IMG/VR virus record: IMGVR_UViG_3300011832_000001
Span: 1-64,000 of that record
Direction: 5' to 3' (one strand)
Length of the DNA stretch: 64,000 bases
Origin: a virus
Taxonomy: Duplodnaviria > Caudoviricetes
Within the stretch, counting starts at the first letter, position 1, and each line of letters starts with the position of its first letter. This document shows, piece after piece, positions 44,380-55,592 of the stretch. A program made the translations under genes and the position numbers. The notes beneath the pieces are model-generated. The model searched no databases. It had not been told where the DNA came from and saw nothing but the letters and a program-made list of their open reading frames with translations.

Positions 44380-46590
44380 TTAAAGCAATTGACCACCGTA
44401 ACTTCTAGTAGATTCATACAGGCTAGGCGTTGCTATCTTGTAACCTGCTCCTCTATAAACTCTAGCGGAACGGATAATTGCAAAGTAGTTATAGAATCCA
44501 CCTGTTTGCTCACCTTTTACAAATACATCAGCGCCATCTGTTGCATAGATTGCACTCTTCAATCCATAGAAACGGCAATCATGAACAGAAACGTTTGACA
44601 TTCCGTGAACATACATTCCACTATGAATTCTTCCTTCTGATGTTGAACGTGCGAAAGCGACACGCTTAAATACAACTCTACCTGCATGGTCTAGATGAAC
44701 AACAGCTACACCTTGACCTGAATCAATATCATCTCCATCTAAGTTGTATGAAGCCATCTCAGAGACACCATTGAATCTCATATCCTCAAAGTATAGAGAG
44801 CCAATCATATTACTATCAATTCGCATACTACTGATTTTAATATCATCACGACTTGCAAAGTTAATACCTTTAAATACGATTGAGTGTGGTGAGATTATTC
44901 CTTTAATTTCCAAATGCTCATTATAAGTTCCGGGTCTTATATAGATATAAGACACACCTTGTTCAATAATGTTTGGAATCATAGAAATTGCTTTACCGAT
45001 AGTTTTAAATGGATAACCTGAATTACCTGAGTTTGTATCTTTACCATTTACACCATCTACCCAATATCTTACAGGTTCATTTGAACGTAAAGCTCTTGTA
45101 TCTAACCCTAAGCCATGTCTTGTCGCCAATTGAGTAGCAACTGTATTAGAAGGAACATTAGCAAATACTGTATCAGTATAGGCTTTAGCTTGAGCTAGTT
45201 TATTTTGAGCATCTGCCTTAGATTCTTTCGTATTTAAACTTGAGTTGAGTGTGGCAACCTGATTGTCAACATATGTGATTGTAGCTCTTGCATTAATCAT
45301 ACCCATAATACTAGTAGCAAAGTTAGGGTCATTAGCCAAAGCATCAGATAGCTCTTGTAGAGCCTGTGACATACCCTGAATGGTTGCCATCAAGTCATCA
45401 AGGGAATTATCAGTATAAAGATTAGCAGATGCTAGAGCACTATCAGCTTTCGCCTGAGAGCCTTCTGTTGTTTCTAGTGTCTTAATTCCATTTGATTCTG
45501 TCACAAAGTCAATCTGATTTGCTTTTAGGATTATACCTTGTTTCTGAACGGAATCTAAATTCTTAAAGATTCTGATGTCTTTTGTTGTAGCATCTATTGA
45601 TATTAATAAATCATTATTTGTCTCAATAGGAACTCCTTCTACTGTAGTTGTTACTCTATCACGAACAATGATTTTAGCATTATCCATAATCAAGTCTCCA
45701 ACCATAGTATCTCCATTTACCGATACATTCTCAGCATTAAGCTCATCTCTTAGATTATTGATGTCAGTAATTGTTGCAACTTGTACACCATTCCAAAGGA
45801 AAGTATCGTTTACAAGCTCTAAGGTATTCTCCCCATTCTGAGCATTTACTTTGAATTCCTCAGCCATATTTATATAAACTTGACCTGCTTCATATGAATT
45901 TTCAATCAGCAGTTGCTGTGACTGATGTTCCATGAAACCGATTCTAGCTTTTCTGTTTGAAGGGTCTGACCCTACAGGATACCATGAAATCCAACCCATG
46001 TCAAATTCTCTTGCCATGATTTGAATAGCTTCATCTCCTGTGATAAATTTAAATGCTGTTTCAACTCTAGGGAGATTTAAATCAATTGCCCCAACGTCAT
46101 TTGCATTAATTACTGTTGCACCCGTCTTACCATTTACAGATGTTACAGCAGAGCCATTATTAACAATGTCTTGAATTAAGTCAACCTTTGATACTAAATC
46201 ATTGATTGTATCCTCGAAGAACTCAATATCTCCTCCATCACGCATACGATAGAATCTTTCAATAGGGTAAAGTATTAAACCTCTACCCATATATGTGATT
46301 CTTTTAATTAGATTATCTTGTGTGCCATTAAAATAAACGACTCCCAATCTATAATCAACATAAAACTCATCTTCATTGAGAGTCATTAAAAGACCATCAT
46401 TTTCAAGTTGTTTTTCATACATACCTTCGATTTTGACACCCGATGATAGAACAGGTAGTTCATCAAGAACAACCGTGTTATTATAAACTTTTAAGTTTTC
46501 AATCTTTTGAATATAAGGGTCATCGCTAGTGCCTGCTCTATTCAATACCATAATCGGGTCAACGAAGTTATCTAAGCTATAATTAGCCAT
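44380..46590 (-). CDS. Tail fibre/spike with C-terminal pectin-lyase-like beta-helix
   Basis: N-terminal DP...RAGT..DP phage anchor; LQELSDALANDPNFAT fibre motif; WVDG..G.D.N.G...PFKTI..A and IRPGTY.E motifs. Confidence 0.8.
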   Translation of the reverse strand: MANYSLDNFVDPIMVLNRAGTSDDPYIQKIENLKVYNNTVVLDELPVLSSGVKIEGMYEKQLENDGLLMTLNEDEFYVDYRLGVVYFNGTQDNLIKRITYMGRGLILYPIERFYRMRDGGDIEFFEDTINDLVSKVDLIQDIVNNGSAVTSVNGKTGATVINANDVGAIDLNLPRVETAFKFITGDEAIQIMAREFDMGWISWYPVGSDPSNRKARIGFMEHQSQQLLIENSYEAGQVYINMAEEFKVNAQNGENTLELVNDTFLWNGVQVATITDINNLRDELNAENVSVNGDTMVGDLIMDNAKIIVRDRVTTTVEGVPIETNNDLLISIDATTKDIRIFKNLDSVQKQGIILKANQIDFVTESNGIKTLETTEGSQAKADSALASANLYTDNSLDDLMATIQGMSQALQELSDALANDPNFATSIMGMINARATITYVDNQVATLNSSLNTKESKADAQNKLAQAKAYTDTVFANVPSNTVATQLATRHGLGLDTRALRSNEPVRYWVDGVNGKDTNSGNSGYPFKTIGKAISMIPNIIEQGVSYIYIRPGTYNEHLEIKGIISPHSIVFKGINFASRDDIKISSMRIDSNMIGSLYFEDMRFNGVSEMASYNLDGDDIDSGQGVAVVHLDHAGRVVFKRVAFARSTSEGRIHSGMYVHGMSNVSVHDCRFYGLKSAIYATDGADVFVKGEQTGGFYNYFAIIRSARVYRGAGYKIATPSLYESTRSYGGQLL

Positions 46591-46739
46591 TAATTAACAC
46601 TTCCTTTCTTTTCTATTTTCATTTTAATCTCATTTAGAATCTCTTTCGATTCATTGAGATTTTCAATTGCAATTCTATTTGATTCTTTGTAATAGATAAC
46701 ACTCACTATATCCTTTATTTTTTCAATAAAATTCTTCAT
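46590..46739 (-). CDS. 49-aa helical protein between the two fibre genes (not in ORF track)
   Basis: GGGGTG RBS; MKNFIEKIKDIVSVIYYKESNRIAIENLNESKEILNEIKMKIEKKGSVN*; TAATG overlap with the next start. Confidence 0.6.
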   Translation of the reverse strand: MKNFIEKIKDIVSVIYYKESNRIAIENLNESKEILNEIKMKIEKKGSVN

Positions 46740-46740
46740 G

Positions 46741-49407
46741 TCACTCAGTCACCCCCAAAGCTAATTTTAAATCATCTAATTCCTTTTCTTGCTCTTTTAC
46801 TTTCTCACTTAATTGTTGAATAGCTCTCCAAGCAACAGCAACCATAGAATATGGGTCTACCCCTTGTTCATCTCTGATAAGAGGATTGACCATTTCTGAA
46901 ATTACTCCAACTTTTGGCTTATCAAACACAAAATTATCTATATTTGATTGTAGGTGATAAGTCCAAACATCTGTCTCATCAATAAGTGCTAGAGAATCTA
47001 TCTTGTTGTCCACTGATTCTACATTTGTCTTGTATGTTACAGATGAGCTTGTTGGGAAAGAACTTGCCCTAACAGGAATATAGCTACCTGATGAAGAAGG
47101 TGTTACAGCACGAACTTCACCATCACTTCTCAATAGTAAATTTGTAGCAGTACCAACTAAGGCATACCCTGTAAATCCTGCTGTCGTTCCTGTTAATGTT
47201 ACATTTCCACCACCTGTGTAACTTGTAACTACACTTAATGTAGATATTGTACTATTTGGAAGATTCAATGTGCTTACTCCCGATGGCAATGCAACATTAC
47301 TAATCTCTAAATCATTGACAGAAAGTTTAGTATTTCTAATAGTTCCATTAGAGTCACTTCTAGAACCTATTCTAATTCTATTATCATTATCTGAATACCA
47401 AATTTCAGCCTGACCTGCTCCATAAGATGAATCAAAAGACCTAATATTAAAATAATTTCCTGAATGTGTCAAGTTACCTGCTATTCTACCTGTATTGTGA
47501 GCATTTATGTTTGCAGAATTATAACCTATACTTGTAGTTCCTGTGAGATTCACTGAGCCTGAGACATTCAAAGAATTCAATGTAGCCAATCCTGACGTTG
47601 ATAAAGTTGAAAGTGTTGAAGCTCCCGTAACTGTAAGTGCTGTTGTTTTAATACCACTCCCACCAACTTCCAAAGTATTGGACAAAGTTGGGAAGGTATT
47701 TATACCAATTGATAGTAAATCGGTCTCTAGGAATAAGAGTGGTTTACCCGAAGATAGATTTAAATTTCTTGTTTCTGATGTTGTTGTAATTCCATCAAAA
47801 GCGTCTTTTATTTCTACTTCAATCTCATGACTTGTTGTTTCAGAGAATGTCAAAGGATATGCTCTTGAGAATCCATTATTATTGTCATATGTGAATCCCG
47901 TTATTGCTAATGGAATCCAATCACCAAAAGTCGTGCTAGGAGCAGTTTTAACTCTGTATCGCACACTATTGATTTGGTTTCTTCTCGTGCCACCAACCTT
48001 AACATCTGACATTATTCCCTTAACCGTTAGAGTAGATGCTTGGCTGAACCCATCATCACGCTTAATACTATGACTCTGTACGGGTTTTTGCCAACCTATA
48101 ATCGAGATAGGGATTGAAGATGTAGCTGTGTTTCCTCTAGAGTCAATAGCTTGAACTTGTATTGTACCACTACCACTCGCATTTAAAGTTCCCAATATAA
48201 AAGAACCATGAGAAGGTTGTTCCATATCAGACCTACCTGTAGCTTTAATTACATATCTATCTAAAGAAGCTCCACGACCTGCGCTAGAAGCTCCGAACGA
48301 GACTGTTATGATACTTTTTGACTGAACTATTGCACTTGAATTATTTATTGTTGTTCCATAAGAGCCTTGATTTATACTTATAGCCAAACTAGAAGGTGGT
48401 GTTGGGTTTTCATTTACAATTCTCATTGTTACGGCATAATTGACAGGTGTTCTTATTTGTGTACTTGAATTTTGCGTATTTGAGTAATAAGTCGTTATTC
48501 TGATTGTAACTGAACCTGTATTTGAAGTAGTAATTCTATCATAAAGTTCATCTGTACTTCCCAAGCTAACAGAAGTAGTTCCCGTACCCGGAGTTGCAGT
48601 TGTTAATACTGTGGAAGCTCCCCAAAAAACCTCTACCTTATGAGAGAGTGAACTATTATCTCTATTGATTGTCATTGTTGGGTAATTAGTTCCTACATTG
48701 ATAGATGACGGAACTCCTGAGAGAGTGCTTGCGGAAGGAGCTGTTACCGTTCCCGTTTTTGAGAATGTGTCTCCTATCTTAGTAGAGCCTGAATATGTGT
48801 CTATCTCTATTCTAGATGTTCGACTAGACCAAGTTCCCAATTGCTCTACTACATTGCTGTGGAATGTTGAATTATTAAAAGTCCAAGCCGTGTTAATATC
48901 ACTAGCACTAGCTACTAATACATTATTTACATAGACTCTAATATTGTGAGTGAATGAACTATCTGCTCTTTGAATTCCAATTGCTAAATCCTCAGTAGCT
49001 GTCCAAGAAGCAGAACTGTTTGTTGAACTAGCTCTAGCTATTGAATCCAATACTGCTGAGAATCCATCGTGGTTAATTCCTCCAAAATAAAATCCTGAGA
49101 CCGAACCATCTAACCAAACAGAAAGACTTCCGTCTGAGTTGTGGTCTAAGAAGACCTGTTCATCTGCGATTAATTTTTCACTACCGTTAATACTTACAGC
49201 AACGTTACTTCCCGAAAAATTAAAATCTCCAATTCTAAGCGCCCAAGAGTTTGAACTGTCACTTACACTCCAACCTGAGTTTGCTCCCAAGTACATTCTA
49301 ACTCTCAAACCACTTCGGTTAGTAGATGTATTTTGAGATGTTATATCCCATCTAATCTTTAAATAGAAGTTACCACTATATGTGGTTTTAGTTCCTGAGC
49401 TTGCCAT
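46741..49407 (-). CDS. Tail fibre or receptor-binding protein (DUF859-like N-terminus) with C-terminal S74 intramolecular chaperone
   Basis: W....QN...N.S, H.SDG and I.RAS N-terminal motifs; SS..YKTNV cleavage-like motif, GVISE, AIQQL and coiled-coil end. Confidence 0.8.
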   Translation of the reverse strand: MASSGTKTTYSGNFYLKIRWDITSQNTSTNRSGLRVRMYLGANSGWSVSDSSNSWALRIGDFNFSGSNVAVSINGSEKLIADEQVFLDHNSDGSLSVWLDGSVSGFYFGGINHDGFSAVLDSIARASSTNSSASWTATEDLAIGIQRADSSFTHNIRVYVNNVLVASASDINTAWTFNNSTFHSNVVEQLGTWSSRTSRIEIDTYSGSTKIGDTFSKTGTVTAPSASTLSGVPSSINVGTNYPTMTINRDNSSLSHKVEVFWGASTVLTTATPGTGTTSVSLGSTDELYDRITTSNTGSVTIRITTYYSNTQNSSTQIRTPVNYAVTMRIVNENPTPPSSLAISINQGSYGTTINNSSAIVQSKSIITVSFGASSAGRGASLDRYVIKATGRSDMEQPSHGSFILGTLNASGSGTIQVQAIDSRGNTATSSIPISIIGWQKPVQSHSIKRDDGFSQASTLTVKGIMSDVKVGGTRRNQINSVRYRVKTAPSTTFGDWIPLAITGFTYDNNNGFSRAYPLTFSETTSHEIEVEIKDAFDGITTTSETRNLNLSSGKPLLFLETDLLSIGINTFPTLSNTLEVGGSGIKTTALTVTGASTLSTLSTSGLATLNSLNVSGSVNLTGTTSIGYNSANINAHNTGRIAGNLTHSGNYFNIRSFDSSYGAGQAEIWYSDNDNRIRIGSRSDSNGTIRNTKLSVNDLEISNVALPSGVSTLNLPNSTISTLSVVTSYTGGGNVTLTGTTAGFTGYALVGTATNLLLRSDGEVRAVTPSSSGSYIPVRASSFPTSSSVTYKTNVESVDNKIDSLALIDETDVWTYHLQSNIDNFVFDKPKVGVISEMVNPLIRDEQGVDPYSMVAVAWRAIQQLSEKVKEQEKELDDLKLALGVTE

Positions 49408-49443
49408 ATATTCTTCATCCTTTCTATCCTTTTAAATATATGT

Positions 49444-49466
49444 AAAAGGGGATTTCTCCCCTCTTA
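49444..49466 (-). terminator. Intrinsic terminator within the late arm
   Basis: Minus strand AGGGGA-GAAA-TCCCCT followed by TTT. Confidence 0.7.
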
Positions 49467-49469
49467 CTT

Positions 49470-52400
49470 TTAAGCATCATCATCTTCAATTGGAAGGAAA
49501 GCGACCCCTTTTCTTCCTCCTGAATTAATTCTTTGCATCTTAATAGTACCTACACTTAAAAATTCAACAGCATCTAAGCTATTGACTTCTGTTGTCGTTC
49601 CATTCAATGTGAAGATTTTTGTCATTACACCATTTACGGGAGCGTAACCTGCGAACTCCTCTGTTGTTATTTTTGTATAGTTTTGAGTTGTATTATTACT
49701 AATCACCATACCAAATCTATCAAATCTAGCATTTGTTGAGTATAATTCTGATGGATGGTTAGACCATTGTAAAGGTGTTTCTCCATCATTCAACATGACG
49801 TTTGTAAGTTCAGATTGACCTGTAGAACCTGTGCTAACTAATCTTACTCTTGTGTATTCACTAAGAGCAGTAAAAGTACCTGAAATCATTCTCCAAGAAT
49901 AATCATCTGAATCACTTGTAGCTAAGTCAACATATGTTGAGCCATCGTCATGAGATACTTGAATCTTAAATGGACTAGAAGCGCTAGATTTTTTAAGCAA
50001 TAGTGAAACTGTGTAGCTTGCAGATTCGTTAACCAAAGTATCTGTTATTGGGTCTTTTACTTGTTTTACAACAGGAGTTTTTACCCTTTGAGTAATGCTA
50101 GAATTAACTAAAATCCAAGAAGAACCTGAGCCAATCATTTCTAGCTCTCCCATTTCAGAAGGACTTGATGTTTCATCTTGACGAGTGTTTACAGAACCAC
50201 CTGTTAAAATATCTTGAGTCCAACCTGCTGATACACCTGCCCAACCAACTGAGTTAATCAGTCTATTGCGACCACCACCACTAGAGACACTCAATGTAAT
50301 ATCTCTAGCAGTCTGATTCACACTAGAATACTCAGTCTTGACAGCAGATATTTCATCTGATATAATTTGTTTTAGAGTTGCATCTAAACCATTTAGACCT
50401 GATTCTAAATCATCAGAAGTCGAGAAACCATAACCCGAAAGTGCATCGTTCGAAACATAAGAATCAAAATCAGACTTGTACAAATCAGAACTTCGAACAG
50501 TTGATAGGATTGCATCATCTGTTATTTTCTCTTCTGCTTCTTTTATTCTGAAAATTAATCCCATATTATCACTAGGTGATGGATTCCAAGTAGAAGCTTG
50601 CGTGGCTTCCTCAAACATAAGATTTCTATATTTTATGTCTCCGTTTCTAGTGATAAATGGAATGACTCTTAAAAACTTGTTCGATGTTAAATCATTTATT
50701 TTATAGACATATCTAAACCAATTACCATCGGTGATGCCTTTATCTATAAGATTTTGTTTTGTTATTTGATAGGTATCAATAGGAGTTGTCGAGTCATTTT
50801 CATCTGCAAACGTTTGAATTTTCATAACAACATCAGTTGATGATAAACTTGCAAGACTAGAAATTTTAATGTCAAATGAAAGAACGTAGGTTTTTCCACT
50901 CGGCTCAATTATTGGAATTGCCTTTGATAAAATACCAACATTTGCATCACTTGCCAATCCCGTTTTAACTATATTCAAAATATGAGAATATGGATTATTT
51001 GATTCAGGGTCTAATATTACAAAGTCTGAATCTCCACCTTCCCAATCTCTTAATACTCTAGTTCCTGTAAGAGAAGCTGTTGTATAAGAGTTGAATGAAG
51101 AGTTTGTAAGTTGGTTTACTCCACTTATGAAATTACCTAAACTCAATTTAGTTAAACTAGAAATAGAAGCTAACGAAGTAGCAGTTGTTAAAGTCCAACC
51201 ATCCTTGAATGATGATAATGGAATACCATTTGTTACTTGCATTCTAGGAACTAGTAAGTTTGTTGAATTCCAAGTTTTGGTGTTAGCACCTAAAATTATA
51301 ACAACCTTAGATGAGACTATTCCCAATCTTACCTCAATAGGGTCTAATGAACCTTTGTTCACATAGCTGTAATTTGCAAAACTATTATCTGATTTTGCAT
51401 AAAATGAAACATCAATATCGACAATATTATTATCTGCTGTTGAGTTGTTATAACCTGTGATATTTAAGTTTGTCATTTGGTTTGTCATAGTTATTCCTGT
51501 TTGAATAATTAAATAACCTGTATGAGCGCCTGTTATTGATTGATTCATCAAATCTAAGAATCTACCACGATTATTAACCGTATCGATAACTACCGAACTA
51601 ACCTTATCTGTGATTGAACCACTCAAAGTATCAACTTCTGTCTCTACGTCTGTAATTCTATCTCCAAATCCCGATGACTGAGTTATTGCATCATTTGCTA
51701 ATGTTTCAGCATTACCTGCAATTGTTAAAGCATTTTCTGCGTTCGCAAAAGCATCTGTTGCCGTAGCTTCTACTGTCGTAACTCTAGAGTCTAAACCATT
51801 AGCTGTTGTTAAAGCATCAGATGCATCTTGACTCGCTGAATTAGCAGTATCTAGAGCCGTAGTTGCTTTTAAGTCAACAGGTTCTACAACTTTATTTGTT
51901 ATAGCTTTTTTAGCGACCTCTAACTTAGAACTAATATCAGATAGAGCTGTTCTATATTCATTAAACTTATTATCTACATTTGTTTTTTCAGCAGGTGTTA
52001 CAGAACCATCTGCGATTGCATTTTCTATAGCAGTTACCAACGCACTATGCTTTGAATCATACTCTGTTTTAGAAGCAAATAAATCCGTTTTTGGAGTTCC
52101 TTCTAAATTGGTATCTGAGTATATAGTTGTATAATGAGCATCAATATCTGCTTTCTCATTATTTAAAGTTTCAATGTGATTTGCAATTATCTTAGCTTCC
52201 GATTCACTGATAACAGAATCTTTAAAAGCTCCATCTATATATGTCTCAACATCTATTAGTGCGACTTCCAAATCATCAATTGATTGACCTATTGTTTCAA
52301 CATCTCTTCCTGCTAAAGCACCTGAGATAATATTAATTCCACGAACATTTAAGTTACCATTTGAATCTAAGAAGAAAACTCTATCACCAACAATGTTGAG

Positions 52401-54740
52401 CATTTCAATACCCACATCAGCGTTAAGTGTAATCTGTCTCATTCCTGCACCATCGATTCTAACACCGTCAGCAGAATCCAAATAAACACCTTGACCTGAG
52501 ATTTCAGCATTAACAATTCTCATGTTGACCATAGAGAAATCTTTAGCTGTAAAGTTACCTTCAATATCAGCAGAGAAGACATTCTCCCAACCATTGCTAG
52601 TTGATTTTTGAATTACTAATCCATCTTCTTGTGTAAGATAGACCTTATTAGTAGAACCTCTGAATAAAAGAATACCATATCTATCTGCTTCACCGACTTC
52701 ATTAGCTTCTTCTACAAGACCTAACTTCATAACCATGTTTCCGTCAGAATCAGATACGATTCCTTTATTGCCTACAAATTGCAAAATTCCATCGGCATCT
52801 CCGATTGTTAGGTTTTGACCTGTAATAATTTGACCGTAGAGCCTTTCAGCAATGACACCTTCACTTGTAATCGCACTCTTCCAACTCTTACCACCATCTT
52901 TTGTGATGGCTAATAGTCCATTTAATAATACCAAATATGTGTTGTCGGGGTCATCAGGGTCACGAGATAAAATACCTCTATCTGAGATTTCAATACTAGA
53001 GAATACACCACTTGTGATTTTATTTTTAGTAGCATCCCAAACATTATTTAAGATTGCATTGACTTTATCATTGGCATCTTTACCCTTAGACCAAGCATCT
53101 TTATTTACCTGAATTGAATTCGAAGCTGTGTTAGCTTTATACATCAATTCTAAGAAAGCATCCTTTTTAGAGTTCGCTCTTGAAATATTTGTAATATTTA
53201 CTTTAATATTACCTTCTTCAAACTCATATGTCACCTCATTAATGTGAGCATAAACATCCAAATCAATTTCAGGAGAAACAATTCTAATTTTATCTCCAAG
53301 TTTTAATCTATCCCAATCTCTCTGAGCTTCAATTAATTCTAAGATATTTAACATATCAATAGATACGTCAATTTTAGGCTCTTTCAATCTTTCGAATTCT
53401 TTAATACCTTCTTCTAATAAATCTCTATCATCAATGATAGCATCATTAGAGTAATCTTTTTTAATGATGAAGTTCGCACGTTCATCTAATAGCTCTTGTG
53501 AGAAGTTATTTGTAATTAACATTTCTTCCTTTAGAAGACCCATTAATCCACCCTCAGAACCATATTGGATAAATTTATCTGTAAGATAACTCTCTCCTGC
53601 AATTTCTGCAATTCTTTCTTTTCTAGATTCTATATATGACTCTAAATTAGAAATAGCTAGTTCTAATTCATCTCTTTTTTCATTAAGTTCATAATTCGGC
53701 TCTCCATTATTTGCCGTTAGCCAAATATCAATAGAGTTCTTAGTAACATTCAATTCTGTTTTTAAGTCATTTAGCTCAATTATTTTCGGAATAAGCTCTA
53801 GTTCAATCGCTTCAATTTCATCTAAGTATTCTCTGAATAATTCTCCTTTTGAATGAACTAATTGAGAATATTTTAAAAGAGCTAACGCTAATTCATCAGA
53901 CATAAATTTAGAGCTAGAAATAACTCTATTGGCTTGAAAATCATATTCAAAACCTTGAAGGAAATAAGAAAAGTCTTCAATATAATTAGCACCCGTAGGA
54001 CTGATTCTATTAATTGTTAAACCATCAGACCCATAAAGAGCTAATTGAGTAACCATAGCAAGAGCATCTTCTGTCTTAGTTGCTTGCACTAGATAATTAT
54101 CATGACTTAAAACTAATTTATCTTCACGACCATAATTCTCTTTTGCATACATATTGACTTTAGATTGTTGAGTGTCAAATTCAATTATGGCTTCAAATTT
54201 ATTCGCTAATTCATAAATAGCTTGCAAAAGATTTCCTGCATCGAATTCAAAACTTCTGAACTTAGCATCTAAGTCTCCATCTACATATCCTTTAGTCCAA
54301 TATGTTTCAGATGAGCTACTAATTAATATGTCTAAATAATCAGAAAGTATTCTAGGCTGTTCACTAGAGTAACCTCTAATAGCAACTCCTGACATTTGAT
54401 TTGCTGTAGAATAAGCTTTGAATGAATGGTCATCCCCACCTGCATCTGTCTTAGTGCTAGGAGTTGATAAAATAAACCATTCTACTCTTTCACCCAATTC
54501 CATTTTAATTAGCATCATAACACCTATTTTATCTATGTTAGGATTTTTAATCATGTCGCCATTTTTTTCAATATAGTATGGAAGTGAAAAATCCAATTCA
54601 AAAACCTTCTCAGAAGCTTCATTAAAGATTATATTCTTAGCTTCCGACAATCTTGTGATGGTCTTTCTATCAGACCTTGCAAGATATAAGACAGGCTCTA
54701 TTGGTTTTAAATTCCAATTAATATCTCCCATTCTATTCAT
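49470..54740 (-). CDS. Tail-associated Tal/central spike protein (YomG-like)
   Basis: Follows distal tail; NRISPTG.NYIEDFSYF, LKLGD and AITSEGVIAERL.G motifs; coiled coils; AAAGGGG RBS before ATG 54740. Confidence 0.85.
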   Translation of the reverse strand: MNRMGDINWNLKPIEPVLYLARSDRKTITRLSEAKNIIFNEASEKVFELDFSLPYYIEKNGDMIKNPNIDKIGVMMLIKMELGERVEWFILSTPSTKTDAGGDDHSFKAYSTANQMSGVAIRGYSSEQPRILSDYLDILISSSSETYWTKGYVDGDLDAKFRSFEFDAGNLLQAIYELANKFEAIIEFDTQQSKVNMYAKENYGREDKLVLSHDNYLVQATKTEDALAMVTQLALYGSDGLTINRISPTGANYIEDFSYFLQGFEYDFQANRVISSSKFMSDELALALLKYSQLVHSKGELFREYLDEIEAIELELIPKIIELNDLKTELNVTKNSIDIWLTANNGEPNYELNEKRDELELAISNLESYIESRKERIAEIAGESYLTDKFIQYGSEGGLMGLLKEEMLITNNFSQELLDERANFIIKKDYSNDAIIDDRDLLEEGIKEFERLKEPKIDVSIDMLNILELIEAQRDWDRLKLGDKIRIVSPEIDLDVYAHINEVTYEFEEGNIKVNITNISRANSKKDAFLELMYKANTASNSIQVNKDAWSKGKDANDKVNAILNNVWDATKNKITSGVFSSIEISDRGILSRDPDDPDNTYLVLLNGLLAITKDGGKSWKSAITSEGVIAERLYGQIITGQNLTIGDADGILQFVGNKGIVSDSDGNMVMKLGLVEEANEVGEADRYGILLFRGSTNKVYLTQEDGLVIQKSTSNGWENVFSADIEGNFTAKDFSMVNMRIVNAEISGQGVYLDSADGVRIDGAGMRQITLNADVGIEMLNIVGDRVFFLDSNGNLNVRGINIISGALAGRDVETIGQSIDDLEVALIDVETYIDGAFKDSVISESEAKIIANHIETLNNEKADIDAHYTTIYSDTNLEGTPKTDLFASKTEYDSKHSALVTAIENAIADGSVTPAEKTNVDNKFNEYRTALSDISSKLEVAKKAITNKVVEPVDLKATTALDTANSASQDASDALTTANGLDSRVTTVEATATDAFANAENALTIAGNAETLANDAITQSSGFGDRITDVETEVDTLSGSITDKVSSVVIDTVNNRGRFLDLMNQSITGAHTGYLIIQTGITMTNQMTNLNITGYNNSTADNNIVDIDVSFYAKSDNSFANYSYVNKGSLDPIEVRLGIVSSKVVIILGANTKTWNSTNLLVPRMQVTNGIPLSSFKDGWTLTTATSLASISSLTKLSLGNFISGVNQLTNSSFNSYTTASLTGTRVLRDWEGGDSDFVILDPESNNPYSHILNIVKTGLASDANVGILSKAIPIIEPSGKTYVLSFDIKISSLASLSSTDVVMKIQTFADENDSTTPIDTYQITKQNLIDKGITDGNWFRYVYKINDLTSNKFLRVIPFITRNGDIKYRNLMFEEATQASTWNPSPSDNMGLIFRIKEAEEKITDDAILSTVRSSDLYKSDFDSYVSNDALSGYGFSTSDDLESGLNGLDATLKQIISDEISAVKTEYSSVNQTARDITLSVSSGGGRNRLINSVGWAGVSAGWTQDILTGGSVNTRQDETSSPSEMGELEMIGSGSSWILVNSSITQRVKTPVVKQVKDPITDTLVNESASYTVSLLLKKSSASSPFKIQVSHDDGSTYVDLATSDSDDYSWRMISGTFTALSEYTRVRLVSTGSTGQSELTNVMLNDGETPLQWSNHPSELYSTNARFDRFGMVISNNTTQNYTKITTEEFAGYAPVNGVMTKIFTLNGTTTEVNSLDAVEFLSVGTIKMQRINSGGRKGVAFLPIEDDDA

Positions 54741-54760
54741 TCGTATACCCCTTTTCTCCA

Positions 54761-54797
54761 AAAAAATAAGCCTAGATTTTTACGTCTAGGCTATTTT
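54761..54797 (-). terminator. Intrinsic terminator between distal tail and Tal genes
   Basis: Minus strand AGCCTAGA/TCTAGGCT stem followed by TATTTTTTT. Confidence 0.75.
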
Positions 54798-54801
54798 AAT
54801 T

Positions 54802-55572
54802 TTATAAGAATTTCTCTCGATACCTTATATTAATTTCACATTCACCTTCGACACTGAACTCATTGTCTCCCAAATCTAATGCGAACCAATGATTGTTGAA
54901 ATCATCATATCTAGACACAACAAACTGATTATCAGTATCGATATATTTGTTAATTCCGTCAATGTAGACCGTTTCATCTAAGTCAAGTTGTCGAATTTCC
55001 ATAACATCTCCATTTCTTAGATTTGTTATTTTTACTCCTCCACTTTGATTAGTTTTCTTAATCCACATCTCTATTGGGATTTTCTTATCCCCTCTATTAT
55101 TTATAACGAAACTAGGTGAATTTTCCAAATTATTATCATTTATTACTTTTAAAACTTTGTAATTTCCATACATATATGGGGAATTACTTACCATAGTTAC
55201 AGTCAAATATCCATACATTCCCGTATGTGTAATCTTAGTTTCACCCTCAGGCATACAGTAAATCACACGACCTTCTTTGTCGTCTACGAATTGTAATGGT
55301 TTATAATATTCAACATCTAACCATTGTTTTAGAATTCTTTCTCTATCAGATGTTATGATTCCATCGATAACAAAAGTCATCTGAAACTTCCTAACACCTC
55401 TATCCAATCTTTTAAAATAAACATCACTTCTATTTCTTACTTTTTCAGTGATTACTTCTCTAGATGGTAGGAACTCTTCTTCATACATAGATGAGTCCAT
55501 AGACGCATGGAGAACCCCCATACGTCTACTTTCAACCTCATCATATATGAAATTAATAAAATGTTTTATCAT
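54802..55572 (-). CDS. Distal tail protein (Dit, YomH-like)
   Basis: Lies directly after the TMP; WL..Y..L.F, SPY.Y, INN.GD and L.LG.N motifs. Confidence 0.85.
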   Translation of the reverse strand: MIKHFINFIYDEVESRRMGVLHASMDSSMYEEEFLPSREVITEKVRNRSDVYFKRLDRGVRKFQMTFVIDGIITSDRERILKQWLDVEYYKPLQFVDDKEGRVIYCMPEGETKITHTGMYGYLTVTMVSNSPYMYGNYKVLKVINDNNLENSPSFVINNRGDKKIPIEMWIKKTNQSGGVKITNLRNGDVMEIRQLDLDETVYIDGINKYIDTDNQFVVSRYDDFNNHWFALDLGDNEFSVEGECEINIRYREKFL

Positions 55573-55592
55573 ATTATCCCTTTCACTCCTTA